A stretch of DNA of 64,000 bases, from positions 1 to 64,000 of the IMG/VR virus record IMGVR_UViG_3300021440_000015. One strand, 5' to 3'. Shown here piece by piece: positions 46,437 to 56,566 of the stretch. Every line of letters starts with the position of its first letter. The first letter of the stretch is position 1. The notes beneath the pieces are model-generated. The model saw only the letters and a program-made list of their open reading frames with translations. It did no database searches and was not told where the DNA came from. Made by a program: the position numbers and the translations under genes. This stretch comes from a virus.

Positions 46437-48935
46437 ATGCAGATAAAAGAAGTGGTGATTAAAGGCTATGAGAGAATGTCTTTGAACTCTATAGAGTATT
46501 TCAAATACAATCCAGATAAGAAAATACAACTCATCCTTGGTAGTAACGGATCTGGTAAAAGCAGTTTGATTAAAGAATTGAGCCCTCTACCTGCTGAGGC
46601 TTCTGAATATAAGAAGTCAGGTTACAAACATATAACCTACCAACATAACGGAAGCACCTATGCCTTAAAGAGTGACTTCACAGCTCTGGGTAATAAGTTT
46701 TCTTTTTGTAAAGATGGAGAAGAGCTTAATCCTGGACACACAGTAACTGTGTTTAAAGAACTTGTCAGAAAAGAGTTTAACATCACTCCAGATGTACATG
46801 GGCTTATGACAGGTAGAGTTAAGTTCAGTAAGATGTCTGTGGCTGAGAGAAGAAAGTGGTTTACGCAGATAGCTGATTGTGATTACACCTTTGCTATATG
46901 TTTCTACAACAAGCTTAAAGAACAGTACCGAGATATACAAGGAGCTGTCAAGCTACAGCAAGCTAGGTTAGTGCAGGAGACTAACAAGCTGCCTAATGAG
47001 CAAGAGCATATCAAATACAGAGAAGACATACGTCATCTGAACATGTTCTTAGACGGATTGCTTTCTCAAACAGATCAGTCTATTTTAAAGGCAAGCACAC
47101 TTTCTGATTTTGACGCTATACAGCTCAAGCTTAGGAAAGCAGCCACAGATACCGTTCAAGACAGAAACAAGTTCATCAATCCAGAAAACTATGTAGGTAA
47201 GCAAGAGATACTTGACGATTTGCTATTTGTTAAATCAGATATCAAGTCTTTAGAAACTCTTCTGCATAAGGTCTATCAGGAGATGGATGAGCAGAGTAAA
47301 TCTATAACTCTGTTAGAACAGAATAATCTGGCTTCATTTAAAGACTTGGATGTAAGCATCAAAGACATAGAAGAAGAAATAAACAATCTATCCAAACAGC
47401 TGTCATTCCCACTGGTCAAGAATCCAGATACAGTTTCAGCTGCTTTGTCTTCTGTTAAACCACAGCTAGATGAGTATCTGACAGAGATGCATAGGCATGC
47501 TAACAAAGGCTACTCAAAGGAAAGCTATCAAAGCACCGTTCAGACTTTAGATGAACTTATTCTTAAGCTTAATAACACCAAGTTTGCTTCTGATAAACTG
47601 TTTACCCAGCTAAAGGAATACGATCACGCTAAACAACACAACGAAGTCAGCTGCCCTAACTGTAAGCATACTTGGTTTAAAGGCTTCTCTCAGTCTCTGT
47701 ATGACGAGTGTGTGAGATCCAGAGAGATACTTGATAAAGACATACCTGTGTTAGAACAGCAAATCAAAGTTCTAGAGTCCACAAAGGCAGAGCAATTTGA
47801 GTATCTGACTTGCATGAGTATGTTTGTTAAGTTGATAACCCAGGTAGAATCATTAGACAGCATGTGGAAATACATCATGTCTTACGGTTCTCTGAGAACA
47901 GCTCCTATAGGTGTAAGACAAATGATCCAAACCTATAGTCAAGAACTGGACATACAGAAACAACTTAGCCTCTGTTCAGATAAGCTATCTGAATTTCTTA
48001 AGATCAAACAGATCACAGCTGAGAACCAAAGCAATGATTTGTCTGCACTTAAAATCAAATATGCTAAGTTAGAACTGTCTGCTCAGGACTATCAGGTAAA
48101 AATCAGAAGAAGTAAAGTAAAAGAACAATCTTTACTTAAGTCTATTTCTATCATAGAGAACCTGGATCTTAAAAAACAAGAGTTAACCAATCTACACATA
48201 GCTCATAATTTTGCTGTAAGGGACATAGAGAAAACTATCAGTCAAGATTTTATAGCTTCTTGTATCAGGTTGGTTAAGTCTGAACTGGCTAGTTTGACCC
48301 AGATGGTGTCGAGGATAGATATCCAAGCAGCTCTGCTCACCTCTATAGAGAAACAGATAGCTGAGTACCAAGAACAAGCTGAAGTGTATAAGATCATGTT
48401 GAAAGAGTTAAGTCCTACTGAAGGACTTATCGCTAAGGGGCTGATCAACTTCATCAATCACTTCGTCATACAGATGAACGCCATTATCAAGAAAGTCTGG
48501 TTATATCCTCTTGAGATACAGCCTGTCTTTCAACTAGACGATGAGTTAGAACTTGATTATAAGTTTCAAGTCAAAGTCAATGATAAGAATGATATCTCTG
48601 ATGTAAGTCTGGGATCATCTGCTATGAAGGAAGTGATAGACATGGCTTTCATGAGAGTGTCTATGAAGTACCTAAAGCTAGATAAAGCACCTTTGTTCTT
48701 AGATGAGTTTTCTGTTAACATGGACTCTGCTCACAGAAAGTCAGCTTTCAACACTGTAACTGACCTGATGACTAACTCTAATCATAGTCAAGTCTTTCTG
48801 ATATCTCATTATGAAGACAGCTATGGTAGTATAGCCAATGCAGATGTGGTAGTACTATGTCCTAACAACGTGGTAATACCTAAAGGCTGTGGATATAACA
48901 ACTGTGTAGATTTTACTGAACCTGCTTTAATGTAA
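46437..48935 (+). CDS. sbcC: SbcC/Rad50-like ATPase
   Basis: Walker A GSNGSGKS, coiled coil with CPNC zinc hook, GSSA signature, Walker B LFLDE, ISH. Confidence 0.9.
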   Translation: MQIKEVVIKGYERMSLNSIEYFKYNPDKKIQLILGSNGSGKSSLIKELSPLPAEASEYKKSGYKHITYQHNGSTYALKSDFTALGNKFSFCKDGEELNPGHTVTVFKELVRKEFNITPDVHGLMTGRVKFSKMSVAERRKWFTQIADCDYTFAICFYNKLKEQYRDIQGAVKLQQARLVQETNKLPNEQEHIKYREDIRHLNMFLDGLLSQTDQSILKASTLSDFDAIQLKLRKAATDTVQDRNKFINPENYVGKQEILDDLLFVKSDIKSLETLLHKVYQEMDEQSKSITLLEQNNLASFKDLDVSIKDIEEEINNLSKQLSFPLVKNPDTVSAALSSVKPQLDEYLTEMHRHANKGYSKESYQSTVQTLDELILKLNNTKFASDKLFTQLKEYDHAKQHNEVSCPNCKHTWFKGFSQSLYDECVRSREILDKDIPVLEQQIKVLESTKAEQFEYLTCMSMFVKLITQVESLDSMWKYIMSYGSLRTAPIGVRQMIQTYSQELDIQKQLSLCSDKLSEFLKIKQITAENQSNDLSALKIKYAKLELSAQDYQVKIRRSKVKEQSLLKSISIIENLDLKKQELTNLHIAHNFAVRDIEKTISQDFIASCIRLVKSELASLTQMVSRIDIQAALLTSIEKQIAEYQEQAEVYKIMLKELSPTEGLIAKGLINFINHFVIQMNAIIKKVWLYPLEIQPVFQLDDELELDYKFQVKVNDKNDISDVSLGSSAMKEVIDMAFMRVSMKYLKLDKAPLFLDEFSVNMDSAHRKSAFNTVTDLMTNSNHSQVFLISHYEDSYGSIANADVVVLCPNNVVIPKGCGYNNCVDFTEPALM

Positions 48936-48946
48936 AGGAAAGAATC

Positions 48947-49120
48947 ATGTTTGAAAATATCAAGACTCGTGAAGAGTTTGAAAAAGTGGTGAGTGAGCTT
49001 ATCGAACAGGCCAAGAAGGAAGATAAAGTTCTGGAGATCTATACAGAACCTACCAAACCTTTGCGCATGGGTGGATATAAGATGATATCTTCTGTGAGAG
49101 AGGCTAGAGTGCTTTCTTGA
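48947..49120 (+). CDS. 57-aa hypothetical protein (below ORF-track cutoff)
   Basis: aagga SD; MFENIKTREEFEKVVSELIEQAKKEDKVLEIYTEPTKPLRMGGYKMISSVREARVLS. Confidence 0.6.
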   Translation: MFENIKTREEFEKVVSELIEQAKKEDKVLEIYTEPTKPLRMGGYKMISSVREARVLS

Positions 49121-49121
49121 C

Positions 49122-49155
49122 CTTGTAAACTTTTTCAGTCACATATACTTAACTT
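49122..49155 (+). promoter_or_regulatory. Putative early promoter, cassette 6
   Basis: cttgtaaactttttcagtcacatatacttaactt. Confidence 0.65.
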
Positions 49156-49215
49156 GATGTATAGCTATAGTTTAATAGATCTGTTCTGATCTGACTACTA
49201 GCTGAGGAGTACATT
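49156..49215 (+). ncRNA. Conserved structured 5' leader, copy 6
   Basis: gatgtat a gctatagt TTAA tagatc tgttct gatctg actactagc tgagga gtacatt ATG. Confidence 0.75.
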
Positions 49216-49308
49216 ATGGATTGGCTCGATATCATTGTGATCGCCTTTGCGGCGATCACCACCCCAGCAATTGTCTGGGAAGCAGTGACGGATCGCCGCC
49301 GTCGCTGA
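49216..49308 (+). CDS. 30-aa single-TM microprotein (cassette 6 cargo 1)
   Basis: MDWLDIIVIAFAAITTPAIVWEAVTDRRRR; gaggag SD inside the conserved leader. Confidence 0.7.
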   Translation: MDWLDIIVIAFAAITTPAIVWEAVTDRRRR

Positions 49309-49394
49309 CTTCCCAAGAGGTTGACAACTAACCTCTTTAAATAAATGGTTGGGTCGTAACCTGCCCTGACGCTTGGCCAGCAAAAAGGGATTAC

Positions 49395-49445
49395 TGATCT
49401 GTCTAAGTTCACATGTCGTGAATACAGATTAACAGGAGAAACAAA
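49395..49445 (+). ncRNA. Degenerate internal copy (8) of the leader core
   Basis: tgatctGT CTAA gttcac atgtc gtgaat ACagatta acaggag aaacaaa ATG. Confidence 0.55.
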
Positions 49446-49751
49446 ATGAGCATGATACCGCTCAGAGAAAGGGCAGAAGGCTGGACAACTGATGAGTCAG
49501 TTGTCCGTCAGCTGCGGCAGAAGGCCGCAACGAAGGCGGCGGAAATCGCCGCTTGTGGTGATGATGACTACATCCATTATAAGGATGTGGTGCTAGCCAC
49601 AACGCCAGTTGGTGAAAACTGGCACGAGTACGAAACACTTCTTAGCACTCGCGACGAAGAGTTAAAGAAAGAGCTACGTCCAGTTGATGCCTGGATGTGG
49701 AGCGGCAGGAGCAAAAAATGGGTATACCGTTGCAACGGTTACCTAGATTAA
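49446..49751 (+). CDS. Hypothetical protein (cassette 6 cargo 2)
   Basis: 101-aa ORF, aggag SD. Confidence 0.7.
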   Translation: MSMIPLRERAEGWTTDESVVRQLRQKAATKAAEIAACGDDDYIHYKDVVLATTPVGENWHEYETLLSTRDEELKKELRPVDAWMWSGRSKKWVYRCNGYLD

Positions 49752-49793
49752 AAAATCATCCCTAGCCCTTACAGGCCGGGGATGATTTTTTTT
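49750..49793. terminator. Cassette-type terminator, probably bidirectional
   Basis: aaaaaatcatcccta gcc cttaca ggc cggggatga + T8. Confidence 0.8.
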
Positions 49794-49796
49794 GTT

Positions 49797-50417
49797 TTAA
49801 ATGCTTAGTCTTCTTTTGATATAAGCTTCTAGCTCAGCTATCTTAGCCAAAGCCTGATCATGTCTGTATAACAGTTCCATATATCTGGCTCTGTCAGTAC
49901 CTCTACCTTGAGATACACCGGCTCTAGCAGTAGTCAGCGTATCATGCTTACCAGAGGATACTAACACCACACGACTGCTTTCCACAAACTTCACTGTAGG
50001 TACTACACCCAGAGTATCCATACACAGATTACGCACTTCTGTTTGTAAGAAGCTCAGATCTCTGTCTACAGGAAAAGAAGGTAGAGAAGCAGTGAGTACA
50101 TATGACCTGTAAGGTATGCCGTTTACCATAGGGTAGGTAGAGATGTACCTAGCAGGCACATATAACCAATGTCCTATGTCAGACTGTAGAGAAACGATAT
50201 GCATGTTGTTCTGCAGATCGAGTTCATAGTCAGCATCTGGTATCCGGTACTTAACGTAGATATCCTTATAAGGATCTTCGTTATTAGCCAGATAGTCATT
50301 TAAGGATCTTATACCCTGACACGTATATCTTTCACCTTCTGTGATAATAGTATCAAAAGGAGCTAAAAGTTTATACGAGCCAGAAGATCCTATCGTGGGT
50401 AATACATTATCACTCAT
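49797..50417 (-). CDS. Conserved jumbo-phage protein
   Basis: PTIG..G.Y.L.APF, YVPARYI; coupled to upstream gene. Confidence 0.6.
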   Translation of the reverse strand: MSDNVLPTIGSSGSYKLLAPFDTIITEGERYTCQGIRSLNDYLANNEDPYKDIYVKYRIPDADYELDLQNNMHIVSLQSDIGHWLYVPARYISTYPMVNGIPYRSYVLTASLPSFPVDRDLSFLQTEVRNLCMDTLGVVPTVKFVESSRVVLVSSGKHDTLTTARAGVSQGRGTDRARYMELLYRHDQALAKIAELEAYIKRRLSI

Positions 50418-51727
50418 GATGCAAAGTCTGTGTTAGAAGCTGTAGCTACCATGTAGTTGATGTTATCATACACAGTAGAGATATACAACTTACCATTTCT
50501 GGTGATGCGTCTGAAGTTATTAGGAAGAGATGTGTACACAGATGTACTTTCAGCAGCTACCAATAACTTACCCAACAGTATAGCGAACTCAGAAGTCTTG
50601 ATAGACATACGAGCGAAGTCTAAGGACGTGCTAGGTACAGCTATATAGTCAGGAAAGAGTTCTACCAGACTGCGTCTGCCTAAGATGTTAGTTATACCTG
50701 GGAACACAGCTAAGCTTATACCTTTATAATCATAAGGCATGATAGACAGATTATCAGCTATGTAGTTAGAAGGATATACCGTGATAGGGTACATAGTCTC
50801 TAAGAAAGCTTTTATCTCTGTGAACTTAATGATGCTGCTATACAAAGCTGACAGGTCTGTCAAGTTAGGTATAGACTTCTTATGCCACAGAGGCACCATG
50901 ATGAACTCTGTTCTTCTAAACAGTTCAGGTAGAATATTTTCCCAATCGGTTATAGATCTGGTAGAGTTAGCTAATACATAAGCTGTAACAGCTTCTTTGA
51001 TAGCATCGATATGATCCCCAGCCTTACCATAAATAACCACAGACCAATTGGTAACTATTTTTTGTGTAGGGTTTGTACTGTTGCTATATTCAAAAGGCAG
51101 TATTCTGATAAAAGTTTCAGGATCGCCATTCTTAATAGCGTCTATTCTTTCATAGATCGTGGCTACTGTGTTGGTGGCTATAGCTGCGGCAGCAGGAGCA
51201 TAGAAACCAAACAGAACATTCAAATCAGTAACAGGTGGTATGACTTCTATTTCATATTCATCGTATTGATCTCTGAAAGAAGAATCTGACAACCAAATCT
51301 TGATCTCATCGTTAGTAGTAGCTAGATCCACCCACGACAACCACTGAGGCATAGCCACGGGTCCGTTAGAAACAAACGGTCCAAAGTTTAAGCCAGCGAT
51401 CTTATCGTTATGAGCAGAGATGACTGTGTTTCGGAAATCGTTTGAATCAAAAGGTTGTATGTGATTAGTCGAGTAATTGAGACATGTGGAAACAACATCC
51501 AAAATATGTTTTACCTGTAACGCAGGTAAAACATAATGTGTTTTGTCTGATATCTTAATAGATTTGAAAGTCGTTAATTTCAGATTGTTATAAGCAGGGT
51601 CAGAGTACTCTCCTTTTTCTCTGCTGTACGTTTCTGACCATGTGCTGAGTTCACCCAAAGGTGCCACTTGTCCTTGAGTGTTATTAACATAACTGTTTAT
51701 GTTAATGAAACCTTTGATTATGTTCAT
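50414..51727 (-). CDS. Virion structural protein
   Basis: IKGF, APLGELS, KIWLSD..F..QYDEYEI, PELF..TEF, FPDY. Confidence 0.6.
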   Translation of the reverse strand: MNIIKGFININSYVNNTQGQVAPLGELSTWSETYSREKGEYSDPAYNNLKLTTFKSIKISDKTHYVLPALQVKHILDVVSTCLNYSTNHIQPFDSNDFRNTVISAHNDKIAGLNFGPFVSNGPVAMPQWLSWVDLATTNDEIKIWLSDSSFRDQYDEYEIEVIPPVTDLNVLFGFYAPAAAAIATNTVATIYERIDAIKNGDPETFIRILPFEYSNSTNPTQKIVTNWSVVIYGKAGDHIDAIKEAVTAYVLANSTRSITDWENILPELFRRTEFIMVPLWHKKSIPNLTDLSALYSSIIKFTEIKAFLETMYPITVYPSNYIADNLSIMPYDYKGISLAVFPGITNILGRRSLVELFPDYIAVPSTSLDFARMSIKTSEFAILLGKLLVAAESTSVYTSLPNNFRRITRNGKLYISTVYDNINYMVATASNTDFAS

Positions 51728-51755
51728 ATCGTGTCTTTACCTGAAAGAAAAAAAA

Positions 51756-52151
51756 ATGGAGCTAAAACCATTAAAGACCATCATCAGGGTGGTCTATACC
51801 AGTTTTAAAATAGGCTTTAATGTTAAAAAAGGGGAGCTAGACCCTTTCAGCAAGAAGTTCAACATCTGGCTTGCTATCATATTAATTATCATAGTCAGTG
51901 TACTTACCTTTGGTGCTTTGCTAATATATAATTCAGTGTCCACTGGTGTCACTGTTATGAAGCAGAGAAAAGAAATAGCGCTGTTAAATAAAGACTTGGT
52001 TTCTAAACAGTTGACTATAGAACTAGATAAGAGGGATCTTGAAAATTGCAGAGTCAATGAAAGAGCCTATGAGATAGTCTGTGGGAAGCTTAGACGAAAA
52101 CAACCTGAGGAAATGGTCAATGAAATCGTCAATCTAAAAAGTAACAAGTAG
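51756..52151 (+). CDS. Membrane protein with coiled coil
   Basis: IWLAIILIIIVSVLTFGALLI; start moved to ATG 51756. Confidence 0.6.
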   Translation: MELKPLKTIIRVVYTSFKIGFNVKKGELDPFSKKFNIWLAIILIIIVSVLTFGALLIYNSVSTGVTVMKQRKEIALLNKDLVSKQLTIELDKRDLENCRVNERAYEIVCGKLRRKQPEEMVNEIVNLKSNK

Positions 52152-52187
52152 ATTTATCAACTGACTTGTTATTTAAAAGAGAGCTGT

Positions 52188-53660
52188 ATGGACACACAAA
52201 TCAATGCCGTGGTTTACATCGACGGTTCTGCCAGACCCAATCCAGGTAAAATAGGGTTTGGCACTCACGGCTATCTGTTTAGTTTAGAAGGTAAACCTTC
52301 TGTTAAGTTAGATGGTGGGTATCTTCTCACCAATAAAGGCTATAAGAAACAGCTTAAAGACGGCATCGTCGAAGTATCTCCTACGCAGTTTATAGATTTC
52401 ATTGGTACCTCAGCTGTGGATGGAACCAACAACCGAGCTGAGGTCTTTGCTTTTCTATCCACGCTTAAAGAACTACAACAGCATAAACCCAAGTCTATTC
52501 ATTTTCTCACAGATAGTGAATATGTCAAGAAAGGTTTGACTGAGTGGTGTAAAGGCTGGGAAAGAAATAATTGGATCAAGCAAGATGGTCTGCCTGTGGT
52601 TAATGCAGATATCTGGATGGAAGTCTATGCTTACTATAAGCAACTTCTCTCTGTAGGACAAGAGATCACGATTGAGTGGGTCAGAGGTCATAACAACGAC
52701 ATGGGCAATACCAGAGCAGATGCTTTGGCTGTGATCGGTATGAACTACTCCACAGACAATCTCTGTAAGGATCATTATACCTACAGCGACCCTAAGGGTT
52801 ATTGGAAATCATCAGTAGACCGCCATCCCTTCCTGAACTTTAAAAGAGTTTATTTCAATACCACCCAAGAGTATAACATAGCTGGCAGCTATTTCCAAGC
52901 GGAACCAGGTAAAGGCGTGGGTGATTTCATCATCGGTAAGCGTATACCTGAAACTGGTTTTGCTGTGGTGAGACTCTATGAGCCTGAAAAAGTCATTGAG
53001 GATGTCAAAGCCAAACAAATTGATCATGCTAATAATCACAACTCTATAGTGATGATGAAGCTAGATCGGGTATACAGCAAAGAAGTCTATCCTTATCTAG
53101 AGAAACATGGTAAGTATTGTTTACTTGGTGACAAGAAGTCTAAAGGGTTGAACTTCCTAGATAATCAATCGGTTACCGTAGAGCTGAATCCAACTAACCT
53201 GTCCATGAGAGCAATCGAGACTTTCAACTTCCTTGAGGATATGTTGATTAAGTTTCAAACTTACTCTAAAACAGGCTGTGATCTGCCTGATAACCACAAC
53301 GGTTTTCAGATCCATGATGTTACAAGTACATTCTATGACCTGGAATCTAAACTTGTAAAAAAGGAGTCCGTCACTCAACATGTTCTTAAACCTGAATATA
53401 CTTCAGCTCTGAAAAACATTAAGCTGTCTATCTCTGTCACCTACAAGGAAAGAACTGACAAGATAGACCTACCTGTGTTATTCGGTCTGGACATTCCACC
53501 CCGGAATAACCTTAAAAAGCTAGAGGATCATTCTCCTAAGATTTTTTTAATCTCTTGGAGAGACTCAGAAAGAACTCTTCGCTATGCATTTGTAATAGAA
53601 TGTAACTCTGGTATCGGTATATGGTCTAACTATTTTGCCGATAGAATTTTTCTTAACTAA
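52188..53660 (+). CDS. rnhA: Ribonuclease HI with C-terminal extension
   Basis: YIDGSARPNPG, TNNRAE, TDSEYV, WVRGH, GNTRAD. Confidence 0.9.
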   Translation: MDTQINAVVYIDGSARPNPGKIGFGTHGYLFSLEGKPSVKLDGGYLLTNKGYKKQLKDGIVEVSPTQFIDFIGTSAVDGTNNRAEVFAFLSTLKELQQHKPKSIHFLTDSEYVKKGLTEWCKGWERNNWIKQDGLPVVNADIWMEVYAYYKQLLSVGQEITIEWVRGHNNDMGNTRADALAVIGMNYSTDNLCKDHYTYSDPKGYWKSSVDRHPFLNFKRVYFNTTQEYNIAGSYFQAEPGKGVGDFIIGKRIPETGFAVVRLYEPEKVIEDVKAKQIDHANNHNSIVMMKLDRVYSKEVYPYLEKHGKYCLLGDKKSKGLNFLDNQSVTVELNPTNLSMRAIETFNFLEDMLIKFQTYSKTGCDLPDNHNGFQIHDVTSTFYDLESKLVKKESVTQHVLKPEYTSALKNIKLSISVTYKERTDKIDLPVLFGLDIPPRNNLKKLEDHSPKIFLISWRDSERTLRYAFVIECNSGIGIWSNYFADRIFLN

Positions 53661-53674
53661 CTCGTTCGTTTATC

Positions 53675-54121
53675 ATGTTAACAACTACAATGATGGAGCG
53701 ATTTTCAGACAAAGTACAATCAGCCGTCGGTTTTATACTTCCCGGTATGTTTAAGAGACTGATGTATATCTCCAGTCTTCTTTCTGTGATAGATGTGCAA
53801 CCCACGTCCGATCAGGCTTTGGCTAGAAAACTCAATGACATTTTTCAATTGGGCAAGAATCCTTCCGCAGTAACAGACACTATGTTTGTTAAAGAAGTGT
53901 TGTGGAAAGAATTTGCTCATGAGAAAAGTTTTACCTATCATGGTAAAAGCTTTAATCTAGATCAATTCAAAAGCGGTAACTACACAGCTTCTGATCTAGA
54001 CAGCATGGCTCGACACTTGATTGAAACCACACCGCAGTGGATCAAGTATGCCAATGAAGATGTCATGCGCTATGATATCAAGAAATTGGTACGAAGCCTG
54101 CCTGAACTGAGTGCAGCTTAA
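53675..54121 (+). CDS. Hypothetical protein
   Basis: 148-aa ORF following rnhA. Confidence 0.6.
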   Translation: MLTTTMMERFSDKVQSAVGFILPGMFKRLMYISSLLSVIDVQPTSDQALARKLNDIFQLGKNPSAVTDTMFVKEVLWKEFAHEKSFTYHGKSFNLDQFKSGNYTASDLDSMARHLIETTPQWIKYANEDVMRYDIKKLVRSLPELSAA

Positions 54122-54134
54122 CAAAAAAAGCATT

Positions 54135-54172
54135 TAAGATGCTACAGGACCATCAGGTCCTGTAGCATCTTA
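54135..54172. terminator. Hairpin terminator between convergent genes
   Basis: taagatgctacaggacc atca ggtcctgtagcatctta. Confidence 0.75.
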
Positions 54173-54177
54173 TTTCT

Positions 54178-55014
54178 TTACTTTGTTACTTTATCTAAAG
54201 TCTTGACAAGCAAATCTACGGACTGAGAAGCCTGCCTTACTTTATATTCAAAATAAGCACATAGCTCAACATATCTAGCCACAGACATTGCACACTCTGA
54301 CAGTTGTTTAGATGCATAGCCAGAAATAGTTTGTATTTCATTATTACTCACTATTTTGTCTATATAACTCACACATTCATTAACAGATCTTTGAATTTTC
54401 TTAAGATTGTCAACGTGGTTGTCTTTTGTTAACTCAACAACAGCATCCACAACTAAACTAACATCTGAAAATCTGGAAATAACTTTTCTTAGTTCAGCTT
54501 TAGATAAATTATCATCTTCTTTAAAATAAACACCAAGTTCTTTTAGAATTTGCTGTCTCTTTGCATCGGCTCTCGTATAAACTTGAGTATGCACACGAAG
54601 CGACGTTTTATCTTCTTTATTTGTGATAAAAGATGAGAGAACAAGATTATACTCCGCTATAAGTTCAAAGGCTTCTTTAAAGATTACATTTTGAACACGA
54701 TTCAAACTGTTCACATAGTCTAAGAAATTTCCTTGAAATCCTTCTGGTATTTGCACCAGCACAGATTGATATTCTAAAAAATTGTTTTGCGACAAACGCT
54801 TTGACAGAACCTTATATTCTTTAAGGATCTCTAAAGACGGATTGTCGTAACTACTTATATTTAATTTTGAAAGAATATTTGTGAGTTGTTCGCCGAGTTT
54901 TGGAAAAAAATCCTTCATTCTTGAGACTGCATTGTCCACGAAAGAAGATTCGAGAGAGATAACCTGGGCCATTTGTTCCAGGCTCTGTACCGGAGCTTCG
55001 AAATTAAGATTCAT
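54178..55014 (-). CDS. Putative head (inner) protein
   Basis: N-terminal SLE candidate protease sites; IPEGFQG; helical. Confidence 0.5.
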   Translation of the reverse strand: MNLNFEAPVQSLEQMAQVISLESSFVDNAVSRMKDFFPKLGEQLTNILSKLNISSYDNPSLEILKEYKVLSKRLSQNNFLEYQSVLVQIPEGFQGNFLDYVNSLNRVQNVIFKEAFELIAEYNLVLSSFITNKEDKTSLRVHTQVYTRADAKRQQILKELGVYFKEDDNLSKAELRKVISRFSDVSLVVDAVVELTKDNHVDNLKKIQRSVNECVSYIDKIVSNNEIQTISGYASKQLSECAMSVARYVELCAYFEYKVRQASQSVDLLVKTLDKVTK

Positions 55015-55119
55015 TGATAACTACCTTGTAAAATGAGCGCTAGAAAGCAAATGAAAAAACTAGCACGAGTTTCCATACTATGTGCAGCGTAAACCCGCTA
55101 CGTCCCTCAAGGAATAATT

Positions 55120-56526
55120 ATGATCAAACAAGGTTTTCAACCAGCTCCCAGTGTCAAGATCATGCTCAACATCGGAGCTTGTCTGGATATACCTACAGGT
55201 TTCTATGTCAAGGGTAAACACGGAGAGAGTATTTTACTAGGTGGTCTAGGTGCTTTGACAGGCATCACAGGACGTGGTAACATGTTCAAATCCACCATCA
55301 TGCATTACATGATGTTGTCAGCAGCAGATCGTCTGATGTCTACAGCTGAAACTTCTATGTCTACTTATGACACAGAAATCAACATCCACGAAGAGCGTCT
55401 TCGTCAATTGACAGACCAGTTCACTTCTTTCACAGGTAAGGATATCATTACTGACGGTACTTGGGTTATCACTGACCGCACTGTTTATCACGGTAATGAT
55501 TGGTATGAGAAACTAAAGTCTTATCTGAAAGAGAATAAGAAACAGGGTGATAGCTCTATCATGTATGAAACTCCATTTATGGAGAGAGACGGTAAGACAT
55601 TGATGAAGACCATCATCCCTACCTTTTCTGAAGTGGATAGTTTTAGTAGGTTTGAGACTGAAGATGTGGCCAGAATGCAGGATGAGAATGCCCTGGGTGA
55701 GTCAGGTGGTAACACCATCCATATGCGTCAAGGTCTGGCTAAAATGAGATTTCTGATGGAAGTACCTGGTCTAGCAGGCACACACAACCATTTCATGTTG
55801 TTATCAGCCCATCTTGGTCAAGACACAGCCATTGCATCTGGTCCATATGCCGCACCACCGCCTAAGAAACTTCAGCATATGAAGATGGGTGAAAAGATCA
55901 AAGGTGTCACAGATCAGTTTTTCTTTTTGACTAACAATTTCTGGATGGCTAACTCAGTTACACCTCTGGTCAACCAAGGTACAAAAGGACCTGAATACCC
56001 TAAATCTAGTGACAATAACGCAGCTGGTGACCTTGATCTTAATTTGGTCAGTTTGAAACAGTTGAGATCCAAGTCAGGCCCGTCAGGAAATACCATTGAA
56101 ATCATCGTTAGTCAGACCGAAGGCGTACTACCTGGGTTGACCGAGTTCAATTACATTAAAGACTCTGGGCGTTTTGGTCTAAACGGATCTTTGCAGAACT
56201 ATGCTTTGGATATTTATCCTGAGTGTAAGTTGTCTAGAACTACGGTTCGTGGTAAGTTGGATAAAGATTTAAAACTCCGACGTGCCATGAACATCACTTC
56301 TGAGCTTTGCCAGATACAAGAATACTTTAAAGCTCAATCTGAATACTTCTGCACACCAGCAGAACTCTATAAAGATTTGAAAGAGCTGGGTTATGATTGG
56401 GATATGATCCTGTCACAAACCCGTGGTTGGTGGACCGTGAATAACGAAACCCACCCACTGAAGTTTTTGAGTACCATGGATTTGCTCAGAATGCGCAAGG
56501 GTGAATATAAACCCTATTGGCTGTAA
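55120..56526 (+). CDS. uvsX: UvsX/RecA-like recombinase
   Basis: NIGACLDIPTG, Walker A GRGNMFKS, YDTE, VDS, RSKSGPSG, SQTEG. Confidence 0.85.
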   Translation: MIKQGFQPAPSVKIMLNIGACLDIPTGFYVKGKHGESILLGGLGALTGITGRGNMFKSTIMHYMMLSAADRLMSTAETSMSTYDTEINIHEERLRQLTDQFTSFTGKDIITDGTWVITDRTVYHGNDWYEKLKSYLKENKKQGDSSIMYETPFMERDGKTLMKTIIPTFSEVDSFSRFETEDVARMQDENALGESGGNTIHMRQGLAKMRFLMEVPGLAGTHNHFMLLSAHLGQDTAIASGPYAAPPPKKLQHMKMGEKIKGVTDQFFFLTNNFWMANSVTPLVNQGTKGPEYPKSSDNNAAGDLDLNLVSLKQLRSKSGPSGNTIEIIVSQTEGVLPGLTEFNYIKDSGRFGLNGSLQNYALDIYPECKLSRTTVRGKLDKDLKLRRAMNITSELCQIQEYFKAQSEYFCTPAELYKDLKELGYDWDMILSQTRGWWTVNNETHPLKFLSTMDLLRMRKGEYKPYWL

Positions 56527-56537
56527 CTTAACAAAAA

Positions 56538-56566
56538 ACATGAATGACCTTGATGGTCATTCATGT
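56538..56566. terminator. Hairpin terminator
   Basis: acatgaatgacc ttgat ggtcattcatgt. Confidence 0.65.

Noticed and set aside
49309-49394. tRNA or tRNA-like gene in the structured intergenic region
   Set aside because: Hairpins are present but there is no cloverleaf, T-loop GTTC in context, or CCA end.
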